The position numbers were made by a program, and so were the translations under genes. Under the pieces are notes generated by a model. It had not been told where the DNA came from. It saw nothing but the letters and a program-made list of their open reading frames with translations, and did not search any database. This document shows, piece by piece, positions 1 through 10,353 of a DNA stretch of 64,000 bases; position 1 is the first letter of the stretch, and each line of letters starts with the position of its first letter. Origin of the DNA: a virus; the IMG/VR virus record IMGVR_UViG_3300046471_000128, positions 43,510-107,509 of that record. The stretch is one strand, 5' to 3'.

Positions 1-1241
1 CACTTGCTCACCTGCTGGCCCACGTAGCTGCCGTATTTCGCCATGACCGCGGCGCGCACGGTGTCGAGCACTATGCCGTTATCGGTCGAGATATTCAGGT
101 CCGTGATGACCTGCGTGGCGTCCCACTGGTAGTTCTCGCTGTCGTAGAGCGTGCCGGGCACGTTCCCCACGCCGATGCTCGTGATAGGCGTCACGCGCGC
201 GTTGACGTAGCGCGGCGCGGAGTTGGTGAACGGCGTCCAATCGCTGCTGCCCACCAGCCGGTAATCGGCTTCGAGCGCCACCGAGTTGTTCTCGAAGCTG
301 CCGCTTTTCGTGCTGACGGAATACAGGCCGCTCGGGAAGTTGAAGTCCACCCGCACGGCCTCGACGTTGCCCTGCGTGGCAAACGTAAGGTAGCTGCCGT
401 CCTTGGGCAGCTTCACTTGCTTCGAGTAGGGCGTGATGACGGAGCTGAACCAGTCGATCGGCGCCTGCATCGGGTCGCCAAGCCGGGTCTGCACCGAGAC
501 TTCCGAGAATTCGGAGAGGTCGCGGTCATTGATCTTGATGCCCGAGATGGACGCGATCGGCCCCTCCCCGGCATTGATCAACATGTAGAGGATCTGGTTG
601 TTGCCGTCGGCTTCGGTATGGACGCCGATTACGTTGCCGGCGGTGCGGAACGTGCCGTAGGCGACCGGCGTCGGGATCATTTCCGCCGCGGTGTTCTTCG
701 CGCCGTCGGCGCCGTAGGTGGAGCTGGCAGCCAGGCCGCTATTGGTGTTGACGGTGGCGACCGCCGGCGGCAGCACTGCGTTGAGCAGCATGGAGCCGGC
801 GATCGTGACGGCGGCGGCCACACCCGCCTGCACCATCGCGAAGGTGGTGCCCAGGCCCGCGGCGGCCGCTGCCGACGCACTGGCCGCACCCGTATAGGCG
901 GCCGCTGCCAGCCCGCCCGTGTAGACCGAGGCGACCGCAATCGCGATCATCCCGACGATCCGGAAGATGCCCTTGCCACCGCCGCCCTGCGGGACCGGGC
1001 AGATCACGATGAAATCGTTGGGCTGAAGACGCGTCTTGGCGAAGCGCTCGCGATCGATAGCGAGGCCGTTGAGCGACACAACCACATCGGTCGCTTCGCC
1101 CAGCGGCAGATAGCGATCAAGCGTGTAGGTCTTGCGCCACTTCCATTGCTCCTCGCGCACGTCGCGCATCGGCTCGAACGGGTTGGTGATCCGTCGAACC
1201 TTCACAAACTCCGCCGCCTTCTTACCCTTCGATGTATTCAT
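1..1241 (-). CDS. Tail tip / host-specificity protein (lambda I/J-like), 5' part only, runs off the window start
   Basis: Read by hand, not in the ORF track: ATG at 1241, MNTSKGKKAAEFVKVRRITNPF...; later TYGADGAKNTAAEMIPTPVAYG and LINAGEGPI motifs; follows the NlpC gene. Confidence 0.75.
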   Translation of the reverse strand, partial: MNTSKGKKAAEFVKVRRITNPFEPMRDVREEQWKWRKTYTLDRYLPLGEATDVVVSLNGLAIDRERFAKTRLQPNDFIVICPVPQGGGGKGIFRIVGMIAIAVASVYTGGLAAAAYTGAASASAAAAAGLGTTFAMVQAGVAAAVTIAGSMLLNAVLPPAVATVNTNSGLAASSTYGADGAKNTAAEMIPTPVAYGTFRTAGNVIGVHTEADGNNQILYMLINAGEGPIASISGIKINDRDLSEFSEVSVQTRLGDPMQAPIDWFSSVITPYSKQVKLPKDGSYLTFATQGNVEAVRVDFNFPSGLYSVSTKSGSFENNSVALEADYRLVGSSDWTPFTNSAPRYVNARVTPITSIGVGNVPGTLYDSENYQWDATQVITDLNISTDNGIVLDTVRAAVMAKYGSYVGQQVSK

Positions 1242-1614
1242 AGAACCCGTCGATCCGTTTTTCCCACTCCGAGAGCCGCTCGACCGTCACGCCGCCCGAT
1301 GGCTCCCACGCATGAATGAATAACCCGTTACTCACCGTATAGCCGACATGACACACCTCGCGGCCGATCTTGAAGAAGATCATCGAGCCGATCTTCGGGC
1401 CCGGCAGCCGGCGCCAGAACTCGCGCGAGGTAATCATCAGCGCGTGCGTCGCGCCGCTGTCGTTCGGCGTTTTATAGTCAGGCACAACCTGGCCCGTCGC
1501 GCGGTGGATCAGAAACTTGACGAGGCCGTAACAATCGAACTCGTCGGGGCCGCGGCCGCCGCGTTTGAACGGCGTGCCGATCAGGTCAACGTAGGTAACG
1601 GGTGACTTATCCAT
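1222..1614 (-). CDS. NlpC/P60 tail assembly protein (gpK-like)
   Basis: LIGTPFKRGGRGPDEFDCYGLV ... HVG ... FIHA motifs; position in tail tip module. Confidence 0.85.
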   Translation of the reverse strand: MDKSPVTYVDLIGTPFKRGGRGPDEFDCYGLVKFLIHRATGQVVPDYKTPNDSGATHALMITSREFWRRLPGPKIGSMIFFKIGREVCHVGYTVSNGLFIHAWEPSGGVTVERLSEWEKRIDGFYEYIEG

Positions 1615-1615
1615 T

Positions 1616-2251
1616 TTACGCTACGACGAGGTTGCTTGAAACCAGATTTGGCGAGCCGCCGAAGTTGATGACGTTGTTGTGGGCGCGGCACCCCATCGCG
1701 CCGCCGAGCGTGCGGTCGCAGCTCGCGAGGCTACCGTTGTAGCGGCAGGTGCGCGCGTCCTTGTAGACCCACTGGCAGAAGTCGCGCCGTTGCAGGCGGC
1801 GCGGGAACTGCTTGGTGAGCGCATTCTCGGCACCGAGCGTCCACGAGGCGACGTAGTTGTCCACCGCCCCCGTGACGATGACGAAGTGCTCCTCGACGTC
1901 GGGCGCCTCGTTGAGGCCGCCGGCCTGACACACGCGAATCGTCACCGGAAAGTCGGTGCCGCCGTCGTGGTCGTTCATCAGCTTGATGAGCGCGCCCGCG
2001 TAGTCGATGAGCGACACGGTGATCTGCGGCGCGCTGCCGGCCACCGTCTTGAGGTCCAGCGAGAACTGCATCGGCTCGTAGGTGATGCCCTGCCGCACGA
2101 CCGACTCGGTGTTGTTCACGAGGTAACGCGTTTCGGTCACGGCGCCCGTGGTCGGATCGATCACCCCCATGTCGAGGAAGGCGAGATAGGGAACGTCAGA
2201 ACCGATCCGGTTCTTCTCGATGATGCTGGCAACGGAGATTTGAGCGGGCAT
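1616..2251 (-). CDS. Minor tail protein (gpL-like, C-terminal Cys cluster)
   Basis: CQWVYK...C.Y...CDRTL...C..H.N..NFGG motif. Confidence 0.8.
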   Translation of the reverse strand: MPAQISVASIIEKNRIGSDVPYLAFLDMGVIDPTTGAVTETRYLVNNTESVVRQGITYEPMQFSLDLKTVAGSAPQITVSLIDYAGALIKLMNDHDGGTDFPVTIRVCQAGGLNEAPDVEEHFVIVTGAVDNYVASWTLGAENALTKQFPRRLQRRDFCQWVYKDARTCRYNGSLASCDRTLGGAMGCRAHNNVINFGGSPNLVSSNLVVA

Positions 2252-2620
2252 TTAAGCCTCCTGCAACTTGAAGGTGACGGACCAGAGCGCTACGCCGCCC
2301 GCGCCCGAGTAGGCCCACTGCAGCGTGGAGTCCTCGGTGAAGCGCACGAGCACGAGATCCTTCGAGACGGGGTGCGTGAAGTTGAAGATCGCACTGCCCC
2401 CGTGCATGGCGTCGAAGTGCGCATCGACGGCGGCGCGCTGGGCGTCGCTGAAGTCGGTGAACCCGCAGGTGAACGTGCGCCGCGGCTTGCGCGTGTGCTT
2501 CGGGCGCGAGACGACGTAGCCGCCGTCCATCTTGGCGACCATCGCGGGGTTTTCTTTCTCCTGCTGGAATTTGCTCGAGTCCAGCAGGTCGTTGAGTGGC
2601 AAATAGCTGTAGGTGGTCAT
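2252..2620 (-). CDS. Distal tail protein (gpM-like)
   Basis: 122 aa, immediately after tape measure; DGGYV.SRP...F.F.HP motif. Confidence 0.7.
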   Translation of the reverse strand: MTTYSYLPLNDLLDSSKFQQEKENPAMVAKMDGGYVVSRPKHTRKPRRTFTCGFTDFSDAQRAAVDAHFDAMHGGSAIFNFTHPVSKDLVLVRFTEDSTLQWAYSGAGGVALWSVTFKLQEA

Positions 2621-5600
2621 TTCAGTGCGCCTTTCATACCGTCGCGGAAGGAACCCGGCTGGCTTGCCGCGGTGAGCACAACGTCAAGGATCATCTTCTG
2701 GCCGTCAAAGCGCGGCGACCCCTGCTGCTGACCCTGCACGCTCTGGCCGGTCTGGTTGATAACGTTCACGACTACGCCGCCGGCGCCGCCCGACTGCTGC
2801 TGTTGCTGGCCGCCGGTGATCGTCACGGGAATGCTGCGGCCGTCGGGCAACGGCACGAACGCCTCGTTCATCGAGCCTTCGCCGTAGACCGCGACCTGCG
2901 GGCTGTCGGCGATGCCGCCGTTCGCATACTTGCGCAGCGACATCGGGCCGAACTCGGTCATGATCCCGCCGTCGGCGAACTTGTATTGGCTGCTCATCTG
3001 GCCGCCGGTGTAGTTCCAGTTGCCGAGCGTGTTGGTGCCGCCCTGCACGCCCATCAGCGTCGACGGCGCCTGCATCGAGGCGGTCTGCGAGAGCATGCCC
3101 TCGGTGGCCGAACCGGCGCCACCGAAGTAGGCCGACGCGAGCGCGCCCGCGATCGAGCCGAGCGCACCGCCGATGCCACCGCCACCGCCCGAGGTTGCCT
3201 GGATCTGCGAGAGCGCGGCCGCGGCGTATTGCGCAGCCTGCCCGAGCGTCATCAGGGAGTTTTGGGTGGTCGTCTCGGTGGTCTGCACGACCATCAGGTT
3301 TTTCACGTTGTCTTCGAGGGTCGTGCTGTAGTGCTCGCCCGCGCCGAAGAGCTTCGTGAACATGCCCCCGACTGCATCGAGCGGACCCTTGAGCATCGCG
3401 GGGAGCGCGCTGCCGGCGCCCTCGGCGGCCGCGGTTGTGCCGCGCCCCTCGTTCTTGCCGTTGCCGCCGATTACCCCGACGAAACCCTTTGTGAGTCCGT
3501 CGAACATCTGCTGCAGGCCCCCGCCCATGCTCTTCTGGAGCGAAATCTTCAGCATGTCGGTGGCGATGCCTTCGAGCAGCTTGCCGAACTGCATCTTGCC
3601 GGTGGTCACCATCGAGACGAAGGTGTCGATGGTCGAGTTGGCCCAGCCGGTCGAGGCGTTCTCCATCTGATTGGTGGTGTCGCCCCACTTCTGCGCCAAT
3701 TGCTCCATCGGCGTTTCCATCTTCTTGAGCCAGCTCGCGTGCTCAACCGCACGGCGCTGTTCAATGATAGCTTGCTCGACATCAACCTTGCCGCCGAGCT
3801 TGCGCACCGCGTCGAGCCTTGCAGCGTCTTCCTTCTCCCACGCCTCGCGGGCAATGCGGAACTCCTCCTCCAGCTGGTCCCGCTTGTTCTGGATCAGCTG
3901 CGCGTTGATGGCGGCGGTGTCCTTGCCAAGCCCGCGCGTGTAGTCGACCAGATCCTTCGTCGGCGCGACCAGCAAGAGCTTGCGTTCTTCCTCGGTGATG
4001 CTCGCGACCGCCTTCGCCGCGTTAAGCCCCGTGACGTGGATCTTGTCGAGGTAGTTGAGCATTCGCTCGTTATTGGCGCCGGGCTTGGTCGTGTAGTCGC
4101 CCGAGGCAAGCAGGTCCAGCGAGCGCTTGAGCTCGTCCTCGGCCGGTGCGAGCTTCTTCTTGATCTGCGCGAGCTGCTCCTTCGCCTTGGTGACGATTTC
4201 GAGCGCCGTCTTGTCGTCGATGAGCTCCTGGACCCTCGGGTCGCTCATGCTCGGGCTGGACTTGCCACCGCCCTTGCCGTGCGTGACGTAATCGAGCTGG
4301 CCGGCGTCGACCATCTCCTTCACCTGGAGCTCGACGCCCTTGCGAAGTTGCTCGTAGTCGGTCGCGCCCGTCTGGATCTGACGCAGCTGCTCGGTGGCGC
4401 CCGCCAACTGCACCTTGACGTGATCGAGGCTCTTTTCGAGGAAGTCGGTCGGCGCCGCGGTGTGGCCGCCGTTGTTCTTTGGCGCGACGAACTCGTTCGG
4501 CGCGGCGAGCGCGACGCCCTGCCCCTGTGCGTTGGCGATCTCGTCGGTCAGGCGCTTTTGCTCGCGCGCGGCGGCGATAGCCTGCGCCTGAGCTTCCTTG
4601 CCCGTGCCGAACCCTGCGGCAATCGCTGCGTTGATCCTGTCGCGGCTGGCCGTGAGCACCTTCACGCGCTCATCGGTCGCGGTGATCTGCGCGGCGTGGT
4701 TGTCGGCCGTCAGTTGCTTTTGCAGCGCGATGTATTCGGCCGAGTCCTTCTTCATGCCGGCGGTGCGCTTCTCGAACGCCTGCTGGCGCTCAGCGTTGAG
4801 CTTCGACGAGTTCGCCGTGATGTTCGAGAGCGCGGCTTCCGAGTCCTGCTCGTATTTGCTCGCGAACTTGTTGGCGTTGAGCGCCGCGTTCTGCTGGTCA
4901 ACCGCACCCTGCGCCTGGTCGCGCGCAGCCTTCATGTCGCTGGCGCCCTTCTGCAGCAGCGCGATCTTTGCGCGCATCGCCTTGATCTCGGGGTCGTCCT
5001 CGCCCCGCGCGCCAATAAACTCGCCCTGCTCGTTGGCGCCCGACTTGCGCTGATTGATCTGCGACTCGAGGAGCGAAATCTCAGCCTGCTTGTTCTTCAG
5101 TGTGTCGTTGAGGTTGTCAACGGTCTTCTGGCTCGCGTCGCCCTTGGCGATGATGTTCTTGATGTTCGCGGCGTCGGCGGCGGCCTGCGCGGCGGCGCGC
5201 GCGTGGTCGCGATACTTGTCCCACAGCGCGATGCCGCCGATGATCGCCAGCGAGACGAGCCCGATCCAGCCACCCAGCGCGTTGAACGCGAACTGCAGGC
5301 CCATGATGCCGGTCTTGAGCGCCGCCGCGCCGAAGGTCATCTCCGTCATGTTGGCGATCGCGCGGCGCTCGGCGGCGATCTTGGCAGCCAGTGCGGCGTT
5401 CGCTTCGACGAGCGCGGCGTTTCCTGCGCTGGTCGCGACGTTGAGCTCCTGCTGGGCAGCGGTAGCGGCCGTCTCTTCGGCAATCGCCTGGCGCAGCAGG
5501 TTGTTTCGCTCGGTGAGCGCGACGGCTTCCTTCTCGAGCAGCGCGATTTCAGCCCGGAACGACACCAGCCCGCGCTCCATCTCTTCGGTGAGGCGCGCCT

Positions 5601-7092
5601 GCGCGGCATACTCTGCGGCGGTGGCTGAGTTCGACGCCATGCCCATCTGGGCGCGCTTGTATTGCTCGGCGAGCAGCGCTGCGCTGTAGCCCGCTTCGGC
5701 GGCCGTGAGCTCCTCGAAGAGAGCGATCTTCGCGGCGAGCACTTTCGCGTTGCCCTCGATCTCCTTCTGGTATTCCGCCTGGCGCGCGGCGTCGATCGCG
5801 GCGTAGCGCTTGTCGTTGGCGACCATGAGTTGCTGGTTCGCCGCGATTTCGCGGGCGAGCGCTTCCTGTCGCAATTCGCTTTCCATCGCGATCGAGTCGC
5901 GGCGCGCCTGGTCGGCGGCGAGGATCTGCTCGGTCACCGAGAGCTTCTTGGCGGCCACCACGCCCTCTGAGGCAATCGCATTCGCCGCATACTCGCGGTA
6001 AGCGGTCACGATGCCCGCGAGCGCGTTACGCGTGCCATTCAGCCAGCTCGCGACCACCGTCACGCTGAAGGCGGCGAGCACGACCTTGCCGAGCTCAAGC
6101 AGCTGCGGCAGGTATTCCTGCAGCGTGGTGCGTCCCTCATGGAAGAGGCCAATCATCGAGACGAACTGGTCGCTTAGGCCCTTGGCCCACTCGTGCGCCT
6201 GGGGCGTGCCGAAAAGCCCCATGATGTCGTTGAGCTCGTCCTTGGTCGCCTTGAAGAAGCCGGAATCGGCCACGTCCATCTTGAACAAGTCCCAGCGCGT
6301 GTTCAGCTTTTCGAGCGTCCCGAGCCACGTCTGCATCTGCGCCGCGCCCGCGCCCGCCGAGTCGTTGGCGAACACCGCGAGCATCTTCTTGATCGCCATT
6401 TCGGACGACACGGTGCCTTTGGAGATCGCCTTGGTGAGCTCGCCCATCGTCATGCCCATGCCCGTCGCCATCGCTTGCGCGGCGCCCGGCACGGCCTGGG
6501 AAAGCTGCATGCGCAGTTCTTGCAGCGAGACGACGCCCTTGCCGGCCATCTGCTGAATGGCGAGCGACGCGCTCTTCAACTGTTCGGAGCCACCGCCGTA
6601 TTTCGCCACTTCATTGAGCAGCGCCGTCATCGAGCCCTTCATCGGGTCGATGCCGACCGTCTTGAACTTGACGAAGGTGTCGGTGAGCGCCTGGAGCTTG
6701 AACGGAACGTTCTGCTCAAGGTTCAGGATGAAATTCTTGCCGAGTGTCGCGTCGGCGGCGCGCCCCGCGTCGGTAGCCGCCGACGAGAGCCCCTTCAACA
6801 CGACCTGAAGCTTCTCGATCTCGCCCGAGGTTTCGAGGATGGCTTTCGGGAGCGACAGGAAGACGCTATCGAGGTCCATCAGGGCGAACTTCACTGCCCC
6901 GATGGTGGTCACCCACTGGTGGAAGGTGACACCGGCCGAGTTGATCTTCGTCTCGATCGCCTTGACCGCCTGGCCGGTGCTCTCGAATTGTGCTTCGAGG
7001 GCCTTGAGCTGCGCGGAGCTTGCCTGCGCGGTGACCCGGAAGCCCGAGTCGTCAAGGATCAGGTTATAGCCAATGTTCTCGAGGGTGCTCAT
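2617..7092 (-). CDS. Tape measure protein
   Basis: 1491 aa Ala-rich helical protein; QMAGKGVVSLQELRMQL N-terminal motif; C-terminal FADGG...YANGG...GEGSMNEA. Confidence 0.93.
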   Translation of the reverse strand: MSTLENIGYNLILDDSGFRVTAQASSAQLKALEAQFESTGQAVKAIETKINSAGVTFHQWVTTIGAVKFALMDLDSVFLSLPKAILETSGEIEKLQVVLKGLSSAATDAGRAADATLGKNFILNLEQNVPFKLQALTDTFVKFKTVGIDPMKGSMTALLNEVAKYGGGSEQLKSASLAIQQMAGKGVVSLQELRMQLSQAVPGAAQAMATGMGMTMGELTKAISKGTVSSEMAIKKMLAVFANDSAGAGAAQMQTWLGTLEKLNTRWDLFKMDVADSGFFKATKDELNDIMGLFGTPQAHEWAKGLSDQFVSMIGLFHEGRTTLQEYLPQLLELGKVVLAAFSVTVVASWLNGTRNALAGIVTAYREYAANAIASEGVVAAKKLSVTEQILAADQARRDSIAMESELRQEALAREIAANQQLMVANDKRYAAIDAARQAEYQKEIEGNAKVLAAKIALFEELTAAEAGYSAALLAEQYKRAQMGMASNSATAAEYAAQARLTEEMERGLVSFRAEIALLEKEAVALTERNNLLRQAIAEETAATAAQQELNVATSAGNAALVEANAALAAKIAAERRAIANMTEMTFGAAALKTGIMGLQFAFNALGGWIGLVSLAIIGGIALWDKYRDHARAAAQAAADAANIKNIIAKGDASQKTVDNLNDTLKNKQAEISLLESQINQRKSGANEQGEFIGARGEDDPEIKAMRAKIALLQKGASDMKAARDQAQGAVDQQNAALNANKFASKYEQDSEAALSNITANSSKLNAERQQAFEKRTAGMKKDSAEYIALQKQLTADNHAAQITATDERVKVLTASRDRINAAIAAGFGTGKEAQAQAIAAAREQKRLTDEIANAQGQGVALAAPNEFVAPKNNGGHTAAPTDFLEKSLDHVKVQLAGATEQLRQIQTGATDYEQLRKGVELQVKEMVDAGQLDYVTHGKGGGKSSPSMSDPRVQELIDDKTALEIVTKAKEQLAQIKKKLAPAEDELKRSLDLLASGDYTTKPGANNERMLNYLDKIHVTGLNAAKAVASITEEERKLLLVAPTKDLVDYTRGLGKDTAAINAQLIQNKRDQLEEEFRIAREAWEKEDAARLDAVRKLGGKVDVEQAIIEQRRAVEHASWLKKMETPMEQLAQKWGDTTNQMENASTGWANSTIDTFVSMVTTGKMQFGKLLEGIATDMLKISLQKSMGGGLQQMFDGLTKGFVGVIGGNGKNEGRGTTAAAEGAGSALPAMLKGPLDAVGGMFTKLFGAGEHYSTTLEDNVKNLMVVQTTETTTQNSLMTLGQAAQYAAAALSQIQATSGGGGGIGGALGSIAGALASAYFGGAGSATEGMLSQTASMQAPSTLMGVQGGTNTLGNWNYTGGQMSSQYKFADGGIMTEFGPMSLRKYANGGIADSPQVAVYGEGSMNEAFVPLPDGRSIPVTITGGQQQQQSGGAGGVVVNVINQTGQSVQGQQQGSPRFDGQKMILDVVLTAASQPGSFRDGMKGALK

Positions 7093-7102
7093 CTTCGTCC
7101 TG

Positions 7103-7453
7103 TTACTCGGTTGGACGGGCCACCATCGCCTTCAGCTCTGCGAAGCCCGCTTCGTCTCGCTCCGCCTTCAGCGGGTCGATCACTTCATCTTTGGCCGGGA
7201 AAACCTCGGCTCGGAGCTTGGCTTCGTATGCCTGGCAGGCTTCGCCGCTCTGCCGGTTTACGTGCAACATCAGGGCACGGAGATCAGTCTCCGCGAGCAG
7301 CCGGTTGATGTTGCGGTTGAGGGTCCAGAAAGCGCGAATGGGAAGCTGCATCACTTCCCAATAGGTCATGCCGTAGTGCAGCTGGACCCGGGTAAAGATC
7401 AGCCCGAAGTCGAGTTCTTCGGGCTTTGCCTCACCAGCTGCGGTTACTTTTTT
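7103..7453 (-). CDS. Tail assembly chaperone T segment, reached by -1 frameshift from the upstream gene
   Basis: The -1 frame is open from A AAA AAG (7453-7447) through ...LDFGLIFTRVQLHYGMTYWEVM... to the stop at 7103. Confidence 0.85.
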   Translation of the reverse strand, partial: KKVTAAGEAKPEELDFGLIFTRVQLHYGMTYWEVMQLPIRAFWTLNRNINRLLAETDLRALMLHVNRQSGEACQAYEAKLRAEVFPAKDEVIDPLKAERDEAGFAELKAMVARPTE

Positions 7454-7797
7454 TCGTCACCCTCGGCGCCGGCCGACGCGTCTTTCGCGTCGGGATCGAA
7501 CATGCCGCGAATGAACGCGGTCAGGATGCCGAGCTTCTCGAGCGGCAGCTTGTTGAGCACGTCTTCCGGCACCTCCGGCACCGCGCGCTTGATCGAGGCG
7601 ATCATTTCGGCGAGTTGGATCTTCGGATCGGTCACCCCTTCGAGGCGCTCGGCCGCGAGGTTCGTTTCGATGAAGTCCTCGACATTCATTTCGCGCACGT
7701 CATATGAGACACCGCCCAGCGTGATCTGGCGTTGCGGGGCCTTCGTCGGCAGCGTGTCGAGGTTCAGAATCTTGATGTTTCCGGCATTCTTGGTCAT
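7444..7797 (-). CDS. Tail assembly chaperone (gpG-like)
   Basis: Between tail tube and tape measure; ends GAA AAA AAG TAA. Confidence 0.85.
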   Translation of the reverse strand: MTKNAGNIKILNLDTLPTKAPQRQITLGGVSYDVREMNVEDFIETNLAAERLEGVTDPKIQLAEMIASIKRAVPEVPEDVLNKLPLEKLGILTAFIRGMFDPDAKDASAGAEGDEKK

Positions 7798-7872
7798 GGT
7801 GTTCTCGATGTAGGCAGGCCGGCATTACGCCGGCCTTGATATGTCACCCGTAACTCATCTACGGGGCAGAAC

Positions 7873-8388
7873 TTACGGCGTCGGGGCGCCGCCAATACCG
7901 AACAGCTCCTTCGTGGCCGGGTCCGGGTAACCGGTGAAGGTCACGTCGAAGATCCGTTCCTTTTCGACTTCGTAGGCGAAGTTCATGCCGCCCGACGTCG
8001 CCGCCAAGGGAATCACGAAGTCTTCGCTGTAGTCGGTCGCGTCCTTGCCGATCGGGTGCAGGCGCAGCTCGCCCGCGATCGACAGCAAGTCCACGCCGAT
8101 GCCCGAGGTCACGATCGCCTTCTTGTCGCTGCCCGTGCCCGTGATCGACGCGCCCGGCATCGTTGCCACCAGGTTGTCCAGCGTGGTTTCAGCCAACGGC
8201 ACCTTCACCGACACGTCGCGGGACATGATGATTTCGTTGACGGTCGACTTGCCGAACTGGTCGATGTTGACCTTGTGGGTCTGCGTCGCCACGGTCACCT
8301 GAACGCCACCTTGTGTGTAACCCAGGTCCACGCCCTTGTAGAAGACGGCGCACACGCCCAACTTCACGTTTTTTGTATCGCTTGCCAC
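7873..8388 (-). CDS. Major tail tube protein
   Basis: NVKLGVC...DLGYTQGGV...FTGYPD motif, size and synteny. Confidence 0.8.
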   Translation of the reverse strand: MASDTKNVKLGVCAVFYKGVDLGYTQGGVQVTVATQTHKVNIDQFGKSTVNEIIMSRDVSVKVPLAETTLDNLVATMPGASITGTGSDKKAIVTSGIGVDLLSIAGELRLHPIGKDATDYSEDFVIPLAATSGGMNFAYEVEKERIFDVTFTGYPDPATKELFGIGGAPTP

Positions 8389-8443
8389 TCAAAACTCCTT
8401 TGCAAAGAGGTCAGCGGCTACAGTAAGTAACCGGTGCCTTATC

Positions 8444-8824
8444 TTACGGGAGGACGAACGCGCAGTCAATGTTCGCCACGAACTCCACCATGCCAGCGGG
8501 CGGGATCGGGTAGCCCACCGGCAGCGTGCGCGGGCGCAGATACTTGATGAGCATCGGACCGACCTGCGACTCCAGCGTGATCGTGAGCACCTGCATGGCT
8601 GCGTCGATCTGCGCCTTGGTCGCGGTGTAGCCCTTGCCGCGCGCGACGAGCGCGAACTCGGCCTTGTAATAGCCCGGCAGCTCGTAGTTGATCCGGGTGC
8701 CCTTGTAGCTCGCCTTGAGCAAAAGCCCGGCGTCGCCCGCGCGCATTTCGTTGATGAAAATCGTCTTGCCCTTCACGCCACAGCCATTCTGCTCGAGGAG
8801 CGTGGCAATCGGTTCGAGATCCAT
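8444..8824 (-). CDS. Tail terminator / minor structural protein
   Basis: 126 aa, synteny upstream of tail tube. Confidence 0.6.
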   Translation of the reverse strand: MDLEPIATLLEQNGCGVKGKTIFINEMRAGDAGLLLKASYKGTRINYELPGYYKAEFALVARGKGYTATKAQIDAAMQVLTITLESQVGPMLIKYLRPRTLPVGYPIPPAGMVEFVANIDCAFVLP

Positions 8825-9283
8825 TTACGTCGACTCCTTCACAATCTGTTTCACACGCTTGCCCATTTCACCGATCCGGGTGTTCATTGCGCGCTCCATG
8901 AACTTGCCGCCCACCTTGCCCGAGCCGCCGTCTTTCGCGATCGACCCTTCGTCGAGGTTGAAGGCGCCCGTGCCGTAGGGTGCGAGCGCCTCGTGCATGA
9001 CCCGCGCGTATTCGACCACCGGCTTGCCTTCCTTGTCGATGGCGCTCGGGTCCACCTGCACGGTCACCTGCACGCGGTTGTTGATGCCGCCGCGGTCCTC
9101 GACCACCTGGATCGCCTCTTCGAGATCGCCGTCCTTGTAAGGCGCGTTCTCGCGCGCGAGCCCGGCGATCGTGTCGCCCTCCTCCCGCATCACGCCCAGA
9201 ATGCGGCGCGCGGCGACGTCGCCCATCCGGTTGACCTTCAGCGCGAGCAGCTCCGGGTTGAAGTTGTTCTTGACTAGACCCAC
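8825..9283 (-). CDS. HK97 gp10-like neck protein (GTG start at 9283)
   Basis: AP.KDGDLEEAI ... YARVMHE ... GGKFMERA motif. Confidence 0.75.
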   Translation of the reverse strand: MGLVKNNFNPELLALKVNRMGDVAARRILGVMREEGDTIAGLARENAPYKDGDLEEAIQVVEDRGGINNRVQVTVQVDPSAIDKEGKPVVEYARVMHEALAPYGTGAFNLDEGSIAKDGGSGKVGGKFMERAMNTRIGEMGKRVKQIVKEST

Positions 9284-9618
9284 GGCGAACCCCCGACGAG
9301 ATAGTGATCGAGGACGCCCGACGTGTTGAACTGTGGCGTGATCGCAACGATGCGCAGTTCGATCCCCGCCACCGTCAGCTTGTCGCCGAGCTTCGCCGCG
9401 CTTTTGGCGGTCAGCATCAGCTCCGCGGTGATCGCGAGATCCTCGGCGTGCGTCTGCGAGCCGGAGAGTTGCGCGCGCGAGTTGGTCGCCTGGGCGGCCG
9501 ACTTCAACTCGACGATGGAGCACCCCTCGCGAACTGGCATACCCGGCTGATCCTCGCCGTAAAGGTTGCGCCCGGTGTTGGGCGCGATCCAGCAGAACAT
9601 GTTGGGCTTGAACATCAC
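9274..9618 (-). CDS. Head-closure protein
   Basis: 114 aa beta-rich protein, N-terminal NLYGE, synteny. Confidence 0.6.
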   Translation of the reverse strand: MMFKPNMFCWIAPNTGRNLYGEDQPGMPVREGCSIVELKSAAQATNSRAQLSGSQTHAEDLAITAELMLTAKSAAKLGDKLTVAGIELRIVAITPQFNTSGVLDHYLVGGSPWV

Positions 9619-10353
9619 TTACTCCGGTCGCACGAGCGTCGCGCTCGAGTTCGGGTGGAACACCTCGTCGCGCAGCGACAGGTAAGACGGGTGCGCGTCG
9701 CCCGTGAGCGATACCCGCTGCCCGTGGCCCTCGTGCGCGGGGTCCGGGTAACGCACCTCAAGCGTGGTCACACCCTCTGCTGCGGCGGCGCGCACCACCG
9801 CGTCGGCGTAGAGGCCCTGCAGCGCGCCCTTGACGGTCGCCGCGGCGAACACCGACGCCTTCCACTTGCGGCCGGCCACGTCAAACTGATGGTAGCTGAT
9901 CGGCTCGCGCGTCTCGGCGATGCGGGCCGCCTCCACCGCGGCGCTGTAGCGGCGGCGCGAGGTCTGCATCAGCATGTCCACACGCAGCGAAAAGTCGCGC
10001 AGGCGCTTGACGGCCGTGATTACGTCCCGGTGCATGGCCGCGGCGAGCGTGCCGAGTGCGGCGGCCCGCTGGGCGTGCGCGTCGTTCATCAGGAGCTCGC
10101 CCAACGCGTCGCTGGCAGCGGGCGCGGCGTTCGCGAGCAGGTCGACGATGGCCGAGTCCATCAGGCCCGCGATCGTCGTGAGCACGTTGCCTTGCAGCTG
10201 CATCATCGCGGCGGTGGTCTGCGCGCGGGCGTGCGGGCCGGTCGGGCCGCGCCCGGACATGGCGTCGGCCGTCATCGCGGTGAGTGCGAGCAGGAAGGCG
10301 CGGTAGTGCGCCTCGACGGCCTGGCCGACCGTATCGATCAGGTGGTTTTTCAT
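9619..10353 (-). CDS. Head morphogenesis / minor head protein (putative)
   Basis: 244 aa, GRKW and C-terminal FHPN motifs as in minor capsid families; inside structural operon. Confidence 0.5.
   Translation of the reverse strand: MKNHLIDTVGQAVEAHYRAFLLALTAMTADAMSGRGPTGPHARAQTTAAMMQLQGNVLTTIAGLMDSAIVDLLANAAPAASDALGELLMNDAHAQRAAALGTLAAAMHRDVITAVKRLRDFSLRVDMLMQTSRRRYSAAVEAARIAETREPISYHQFDVAGRKWKASVFAAATVKGALQGLYADAVVRAAAAEGVTTLEVRYPDPAHEGHGQRVSLTGDAHPSYLSLRDEVFHPNSSATLVRPE

Noticed and set aside
2596-5628. Long + strand ORFs (1010 aa here; also 55638-57488, 12287-13690 and others) and the - strand ORF 22945-24423
   Set aside because: Antisense shadows of real high-GC genes, with no motifs
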